Assembly: GCA_001724265.1 (NCBI GenBank)
Contig: MEDY01000059.1
Span: 62,001 to 115,367 of the forward strand
From: Rhizaria sp. SCN 62-66
Lineage: Eukaryota
Reading direction: 5' to 3'
Length of the DNA stretch: 53,367 nt
Program-made: the position numbers and the translations under genes
Notes under the pieces: model-generated
The model's input: only the letters and a program-made list of their open reading frames with translations
Databases searched by the model: none
What the model was told of the DNA's origin: nothing
In this document: piece by piece, positions 32,611 through 41,600 of the stretch
Position numbering within the stretch: the stretch's first letter is position 1
How the letters are laid out: each line of letters opens with the position of its first letter

Positions 32611-35600
32611 ATGCGTCATCCTTCACTCCTTAGCGTACTCGCGTACGCTTGTCTGTTCATCATTGGCTTGTTGGCTATCACGACCCAAGCTCAATGCTCT
32701 GTCGACACCTCAGGCATGGCAGTCACATACGACACTACAGTGACCAGTGTGACCAACTCTAACAACTATTACTACTTGGGTAGTGCTTCATCGTCTTCCT
32801 TCGGCATTACACTCACCAATACCACGTCCTCGGAAGGTGTTGCTGTCTGGCTCCGTCGCCGCGCGCGTATCTCCGCCGGCTTCACCGCGACCTTCACCTA
32901 CTCAACTGGGACCACCCCCAACGGCCTCGTGTTTGTCATGCAGTCCCTCGGCTCCACCGCCCGCGGTGGCTCCGGCATGAACCTGGGCTACTCTTTTGCG
33001 CGCTCCATCGCCATCGAGCTCGATATGTTCAAGGACGCAACGGGCGAGACCAACGGCAACCACGTCGAGGTGCACTCGTGCTGGGCCAGCTCCAACTCGG
33101 CCACCACCGACTGCCGCATCGGCACTTCCACCACGCTGGGCTCTCTTATCACGCTCGCCAGCGAGACGCCGCGCACTATCACCGTCAAGTACTCGCCGGT
33201 GACGGGCACGATCACGGCCTCGACGGTGCAGTCGGGCGCCACCACGACGCTCGCCTCCGCCACAATTTCGTCCACCAACTTTGACCTGCTCTTCCCCGAC
33301 GGCAACGCCTATGTGGGCTTTACGTCCTCCACTTCGGACTCCTCCACGCTTGCGCCCGCGCTCGTCCAGGTCTCGGACTTCACGATGACCACGGTGGGCG
33401 TGTCGCCCGCGCTGAGCCGCGACTCGGCGGCCGTGTACGCGCTCACGGCCGAGGCCAACAACGCCGTCACTACGTCCACGCAGCGCACCTTCTACCTCTA
33501 CGACTTCTGCGGCACGCGCATCAATGGCGCGTCCACGGAAGTTGCCACGACCGTGGTCACCGCCAACGACAACGCGTTTGGCACCACGGGCAGCGTCTCC
33601 GTCGCCAGCAACGACGATGGCTCCTACACCATTTCGTACTACCAGTCCACTGTGGGCACCTACGTATTTTCCGTGTATGTCAACAAAACCATTTCGGGCA
33701 CCAGCACCTTTTCGCGCAACTACACTTTGACGGTGACTTCGGCCGCGCCCTCGGAGACGCTTTCTGAAGTCGTCTCCGGCCTGCCTACCAACAACGTCTT
33801 CACTGCTGGCACCAGTGTCAACATCACCGTACAGCTCTATGACCGCTTCAGGAACAAGTACGTCGGCGCTGCGCAATCTGTCAAGGCGCGCTTCGGCTGC
33901 TGCGACGACTTCAGCTACAGCAGCGTCAACACGGCGACGGGCCTGTACACGTTCACTGCGCTGACCACCACGGCCGCGCTGTCCTCGTCGCTCGAGTTCA
34001 AGGTCGGCGGCGTTAACATCAAGGGCTCGCCCTACGCTATCACCGTCAACCCGGGCCCCGTCAAGGGCGCGACGTCGTTCCTCGGTGGCAGCGGGCTGAC
34101 GCAGACCACGGTCGGCGTAACCTCGTACATCCGTCTGCAGCTGCAGGACTCGTACGGCAACTCGATCACCTCACCGCTGGATACGCCCCCCGAGCTGTAC
34201 CTGTACTCCTCCGTCAACGGCACTGCCACTCCGATCGCGAACGACGCGGACACGCCTGGTCCCACGTGGCGTGACACCTACTACGAGTACACCTACTCGA
34301 CCAAGGTCGCCAAGATCTACCTCATCAAGTGCCTCGTCAATGGCGAGGTATGCCGCGATTCTGCCTCGCTGCAGACCACTGTGCTGGCCGGCCAGCTGGA
34401 CGTCACTAAGACGGGCATCACGCTGCCGACCTCCGGCCTCGCCGCCGGCTCGCAGCAGACCGTGGGCATCGTTCCCACGGACCTCTACGGCAACGCGCGC
34501 GGCCGCGAGAACGAGTCCAACAAGACCTTCGACGTCACCGTGACCGCGGCTGGCGGCGTCGCGACCAGTGTGACGTGCAACTCGCAGGGCACGGATGTCA
34601 AGACGACCGAGTCGGTGCGCTCCATGCGGTGCTTTTTCCACACGTCGAACCAGTACCGGCTGACGTTCACGCCCCTCGTGGCCACGCTCAGCGTCGGCAC
34701 GAGCTACTCCGTCGTCGTCACGCTTGGCTCGCAGTCCACGGCCGCCTCTGTGCTTAACATCAAGCCCGGCACCGCATCGGCGGCGACGTCCACCTTCGCC
34801 GTGACCGACTCCGGCGTCGCGGGCCAGCCCGTCACGGCCACCATTACGGCCTTCGACGCTGAGGGCAACGCCGCAGCTCCCCCTGAGTCGACCATTAACC
34901 TCATCCTCAACTCGGCGGGTGTTATCATCACCCCCACGCGCGGTACCGCCATCGTCACTGCCAACAAGTGGACCCAGGATGTCACGTTCTACACCAAGAG
35001 CACCTACACCGTGACTGCCACCCTTGGCGGCCTTATTGTCGGCACCGCCGCTTCAGTGCCTATCGCCGCCGGCGCTCTCAATCTGCCGACGTCGACGATG
35101 TTCGGCGACGCGTCCGGCGTTATCAACACTGACATCACGCTCTCCTTCACCCCGCTCGATCTGTACGGTAACTCCGTCTCTGACGGCGTGTCGGGCCTTG
35201 CGTGCTCTGTCTTCGTTGACGCCTCGACTTCCCTGCCGTGCGCGTTCGGCACTATCGTCGCTGACAAGCCGATCCCGCTCACATTTACTACGCCTTCGAC
35301 CGCGGGCGTGAACTACCAGATCAAAGTCAGCAGTGGCACGGACGACTGGTACGGCTTCCTCACTGGCAAGTCCTACGACGACGGTTCGCAGTACGGCGTC
35401 ATCCTTGCTTCGGGCTCTACGAACCCCGTGTCGGTGCTTAACCTTATCGCCGGCACAACCGTCAACTACACGCTGCAGAACCGCGACATCAACGGCGCCG
35501 TCATCCCCGACGCCGTGTCGTGGTCCGCCGTCATCTACGACAGCGCCGGCGCTCTCGCGCCCACGGCCGTGACGGTGACCATTCCCACGACGCCGGCCGC

Positions 35601-38600
35601 GTCAGTGACGATGACTGTGAAGCCCCGCCTCGCGGTCACCGGCTTCAAGGTGCGCATCTACGCCAACGCCGCCGAGACGAAGCAGAGCACTGACGGCATC
35701 TCGCTTAACATCGCTGTCGGCACCATGAGCTACCTCTACTCGACTGCCACACTCGACGCCTCCTCGGGCTCCGCGGGCGTCTACACCGCCGGCGCGAATG
35801 TGTCGTACTTGGTCGTGCCCTACGACAGCGAGGGCAACCGCGTCGTCACTTCGAGCACCATCACTGTCGCCTACGTCAACTCGGTGGATGATACGTCCGT
35901 GACTGTTTCGTCCGAGTGGGATTCGACCAACAACATCTACAAGGGCTCCTTCACCCCCACTGTTGCGGGCCGCTTCACCCTCGTTGTCCAGGACCCGAAC
36001 CACCAGACGCTGCTGTCTGAGCCCGTCTTCACTGTGGCGCCCGCCGCTCTGTCTGACAAGTCGACCCTTGCGACCTTGGCGGTGTGCGCCATCGGCGAGT
36101 CGTGCAGCGTTGTCTTTACGCCTCGTGACAAGTACAACAACCCCCTCACCGCGCTGACCACGTCCGACTTTGACCTTTACACGCCCTCGGCTTCTGCCTC
36201 TCCTTCGAGCAAGACCTCGTTCACGCTCGAGACGGCCTCCGAAAACACATTTTACGTCTCCTTCACGCCCACTTACCTCGATGCCTCGTACACCAACGCC
36301 ATCCAGGCCAAGGTCGGCGCAGTGGTCATGGCGAGCGTGTCGGTTACCGTGACGTTCGCGGCCAACCTCGACGCGACGCGCACGACGGCCACGGCGATCG
36401 CGAACCTCTCCGCGCCCGGTAACGCCGTCATCACGATCAACGCCAAGGACACGTATGGCAACATTTGGTCCGCGATCCCGGCCGACTACGAGTTCACGCT
36501 CGTGGACCTCACCACCAACGTCAGCACCGTGTTGGGCTCGTCGACCTACGTCGCCGACACCACTCTCGGCACGATGACTGTGACTTATTTCGTCAAGACC
36601 TCGTCCACGTCCTACTCCTGGGTCGTGCGCGCCAAGGACGTCACGCTCTCCATTGCGTCGACCTTTGCCGTGCGTCCCGGCGCGCCGCTGGCGACCCGCA
36701 CTGTGCAGGGCTCGCCCGCGTCGCTTACGGTTCAGGCCAATGATGTCTTTTCCTTCGACATCACGGCCTACGACCAGTACGGCAATCGGCTCGACCGCGC
36801 CGACACGTCGGCGACCTTCACCATCGGCATCTTCGAGGGCCGCTTTGCGTGTACGGGCACCAGCGTACTCATGCCCTCCGAGCTGGCTACTTCTGCTTGG
36901 TCGGCGACCGGCAACTTCACCGGGACCATCGGCAGCTCCAAGATCACGTACACGGCTGACGGCACCTACTCTGTCAAGATCTCCACCACCCGCGCCAACT
37001 CGTTTAACGCCGCCGGCTCGCGCCGCCGCTACTACTACTACATCATGCTTAACGGCGTGCTCATCCGCAGTTGCGACCAGCTCTCGGACACGGTCCAGGT
37101 CACCCCCGGTGTCATCTCCGGCGAGCACTCGCTCCTCACGGGCGTCGACCTCACCGCCATCGAGGCCGGCTCTAGCGTCGCGCTCACCGTCGAGTACGCA
37201 GACAAGTACAAGAACCAGATCCGGTACACCTCGGACGAAGTACTGCCCACCGTGTCGCTGTCCACCGCCGGCCTCTTTGGCTGCTCAGGTACTGAGCTGA
37301 CCGGTGCGACCATCACGGCGGGCAAGGACAACGCGCAGCTGGTCTTCGCGCCCACCAAGTCTGGCACTATGTACTCAGGTATCGTTGTTGCTGGCACCAG
37401 CGTTAAGTACAGCAACTCGAACTGCATTCCTTTTATCGTGCACCACTCGTACCCCTATACTTGGACTGTGAGCCCTGCCCCCCTCGCCTCCGGCACGCTG
37501 ACCGAGGTCCCTATCGTTGCCCTGGATCGCTTCAACAACACCGTTAACCTCACCCAGGCCACGACGTCGTCCGTCAACTCGTTCTCCTTCACCATCGAGC
37601 TTACGCTGACGTCCTCGCCCGACGCCGCGATCACCACCAATGCCGTCGTGTACTCGTACTCGGCCGCGTCGCTCACGCTCGTCTCCGGCGAGTCCAACCT
37701 CAAGGTCCCCATCGCGGTGCTCTGGCCCGGCACCTACGCCGCCACCGTCACTATCGTCGAGTCGACTGTGCGCGAGCGGTCCTACAGCTCCACCACGGGC
37801 TCGCTCACTGTTGATGTCGGCGTCTGCGCGCAGATTAATGCCGAGCTGCCCTACCGCTGCCCCGAGGGCACTTGCAAGGTCGACGCCTCCAAGTGCAATG
37901 GTTACAGTGAAGAGCTCGTCTTCCGCTGCCTCACCAACGCGACGAACAACGCGTATACTTACGTGTCGGATATCGCGAGCTGCCTCTGCCCCACGGACCA
38001 GAAGCTGTGCACGTTCCACGGCCTGTCGTACTGCACGGCCTCGACCACCGCGTGCCCCACGACGACCTCGCCCGCCGTCGCGGCCGCCTCGCAGCGCCAC
38101 TGCAACTTTGGCGACTCGCTGTGCCCGGACCGCCGGACGTGCGTGTCGGACCCGGCCAACTGCCCCGACTCGACCGCCTGCGCCTCCGGCACCGTGCCGT
38201 GCCCCAACGGCTCGTGTGCCAAGTCGGGCGACGAGTGTCCGTCGAGCATCTCGTGCCCCACAGACGCGCCCGTGCTGTGCGCCGACGACTCGTGTGCCGC
38301 CTCGGCCACCACGTGCCCGTCTCTGCGCCCCTGCCTGCCTCCGCGCGAGGTGCGCTGCGCCGACGGCTCGTGCGTCAGCAAGGTTGCCGACTGCCCCTCG
38401 GCCGTCGTGTGTCCCGCCAGCACTGTGCTCTGCGCCTCGGGCTTCTGCGCCGCCTCCGTCGCCGACTGCCCCGCCCCGTTCTCCTGCGCCGCCGGCTTCG
38501 TGCGCTGCTCCGACGGCTCGTGCAAGGCGGACGTGAGCTTCTGCGCCACCAAGCCCTCGTGCCCGTCGGGCCAGGTGCTCTGCGCTGACGGCACCTCGTG

Positions 38601-41600
38601 CGCCACGTCGGCCACGCTGTGCAACAGCAAGCCCTTCTGCCCCACGTCCCGCCCCGTGCTCTGCCCCTCGGGCGCGTGCGCGACCGCGGAGAGCCTGTGC
38701 GGCACTGCGCAGACGTGCCCCAACGACGCGCCCGTGCGCTGCGCCGACAACTCGTGCGCGGCCTCTGCGTCGTCGTGCGCCACAACGGCCTCGCAGTGCC
38801 CTGCGCAGGCCCCCGTGCGCTGCCCCGACGGGTCGTGCCACAAGACGGCCAACGCGTGCGCGTCGATGATCCAGTGCCCCGTGCACCGCCCGCTCAAGTG
38901 CGCCGACTCGCGCTGCGTGGCGACCCCGCTGGACTGCACCGCGCCCTCGACGCTCGCCTGCCCCACTGGCCACGTCCGCTGCCACTCGGGCATGTGCGCT
39001 CCCTTCCTGCTCGCCTGCCCCACTGTGGTGACGTGCGCTGACGACGAGGTCCGCTGCCCCGACGGCACGTGCCGCGCGACGTGCGACGAGCGCGCCGTGG
39101 ATCCACCCGCGTGCCCCGCGGGCCAGGTGCAGTGCCCGCTCGCTGACGCCGGCGTGCACTGCGCCGCCAAGCTCGCCGACTGCCCCACCAGCTTCGTGTG
39201 CCCCAAGACTGCGCCCGTGCGCTGCATCGACATGACGTGCGCGTCCTCGGTCGACGAGTGCGAGCCCGTGGACACGAACCTCATCCCGGCCACGCGCATG
39301 CCCTGCGCTTCCGGTGCCTGGGCCTCGTCCCTGTCCACCTGCGGCACCCCCATCACGTGCCCCACCGCTCAGCCCGTCAAGTGCTGGGACGAGTCGTGCC
39401 GCCGCGTGGCCGCCGACTGCCCGCCTATGCGCCGCTGCGACGTCGACGCGCCCTACCTCTGCGCCGACGGCTCGTGCCAGCTCAACCTCTGGTCCTGTGC
39501 CACGGCCCGCTGCACTGACTCCGAGCGCCCCATCCGCTGCCCCGCATTCTCCTCCAACCGCGGCTGCGTGGCTTCGCTGAGCGACTGCCTCGACGTCGAG
39601 GACCTCAACGCCAACGTCCTCGTCCAATGCCCCTCCGGCCAGCGCTGCTGGGACGGGTCCTGCGCCGCCGAGCTGCGTCTGTGCCCGGCCCGCACGTGCC
39701 CGCGCCACATGCCCGTGCTCTGCTCCACCGGTGCCTGCGCCGAGAGCGCCGCCAAGTGCCCCAACACCAACGGCTGCCCTTGGGACACGCCCTACTTCTG
39801 CCCCGGCACCGCATCCTGCGTCACCAGCGCCGCCAAGTGCTCCTCACGCTCGTGCAGCGACGGCCTCACGCTCTGCGGCGACGGCACGTGCCGCACGCGC
39901 GACGCGTGCCTCGGCGTGACGGCCTTCGGCTGCACGTCCACCACGCCCATCGTCTGCCACGACAAGAAGTGCGCCGCCAATACCACCACGGGCGTCTTTG
40001 ACTGCACTGGTACTAGCGACTCGTACAACGCGTGCCCCGCCTCGCGTCCGTTCCGCTGCGATGGCGGCATGTGCGCCGTGTCGTCGACGCGCTGCCCCGT
40101 CACCTTCGCCTCCGACTCGACGGGCTCGTGCGGCACCGACAGCACCGGCCGCGCCATGCCCGTGCGCTGCGACGACGGCTCCTGCGCCTACTCACTCGCG
40201 CAGTGTCCCATCATCGCGCCTTGCGCCGATGGCTACCTGCGCTGCCCCGACAACACGTGCAAGGCGCTGCCGTGCGACCCCACGCGCGCGTCGTGCCGCG
40301 ACGACGCCACGTCTGCTTTCAACACCCAGCCCTTCCACGGCGCGCTGTGCGCCGACGTGCAGACGTGCCCCACTGCGCGCCCGTACCGCTGCCAAGACGG
40401 CCGCTGCGCCGTCTCTTCGAGCGAGTGCGTCGACGAGTACCCCATCGTGCTCCAGTCGTGCTGCGCCGACGATCTGCCCTACTCGCGCCCCACGACCAGC
40501 AACCCCTACGGCCGCTGCGGCTCCACCGCCGTCGCTGGCGGCTGCACCAACCCCAAGCGCAACGCCGACTCCGTCTCCGGCTGCCCCGAGCTCTACACGC
40601 GCTGCGCCTCCGGTATCTGCATTGCGTCCAACAGCAGCCTCACCTGCGCCAACTACAACACCACGTCCGTCTCGTCGTGCTCCGCCTCTGCGCCGTACAC
40701 TTGCCCTGACGGCTCCTGCGCCACCTCGGCCGCGGACTGCTTGTACAACTCCAACGGCTGCCTCGCTTCTTTCCCCGTTCTCTGCTCTGACGGCTCGTGT
40801 CAGGCTTCTGCTAGCTCGTGCTCCGCGACCACCGCCTGCGCCAATGCTGACCATGTGCGTTGCAGCAACGGTCTCTGCGCCGAGTCGCTCTCCAAGTGCC
40901 TCATGCCCGAGACCAACTGCGCTATGGACACGCCCATCCGCTGCGCCAACGGCGATTGCATGGCCTTTGCCGCGCTCGCCGGTGCCTCTCAGCAATCCCT
41001 GCGCTGCCCGCCCACGCTCAAGTGCGACGCGCGTGCGCCGTACCTCTGCGCAGACGGCACCTGCGTCGCCAGCGAGTCGTTGTGCCGCCCCGTCATGCCC
41101 TGCGCGTCGGGCGTGCGCTGCCCCTTCACGGGCGCCTGCGTCAGCAGTATCTCCTCCTGCCCCGCCACGCTCTCCCAGTGCCCGGCCGCCGCGCCCTTCC
41201 TGTGCCCCAACGGCGCGTGTAAGACCTCGTCGAGCGACTGCGCGCCCGCGCTGTCGACTGTGCGCGCCGCGTCGTGCCCGACCTCGCGCCCCAACCGCTG
41301 CGCCGACGGCTCGTGCGCCAGCACTCCCGCGCAGTGCGTGCAGGTGACCGTGCGCGCGTTTGCCTCTGCCGACTTCGACGTCACCGCAAGTGCAGTTCCT
41401 TCTGGCGTCTGCGCGAACTCTGGCTTCATCTGCCCCAACGGTCTCTGCGTCGCGTCGTCAGCCGAGTGCGCCCTCGTCGCCGCCTGCCCGCTCCACGCCA
41501 CGCGCTGCGCCGACGGCTCGTGCTCCACGACGACGTGCCCTGACAACACCTCGAGCTGCCCCTCCGGCTCCGTCCGCTGCGAGGACGGCACCTGCCGCGC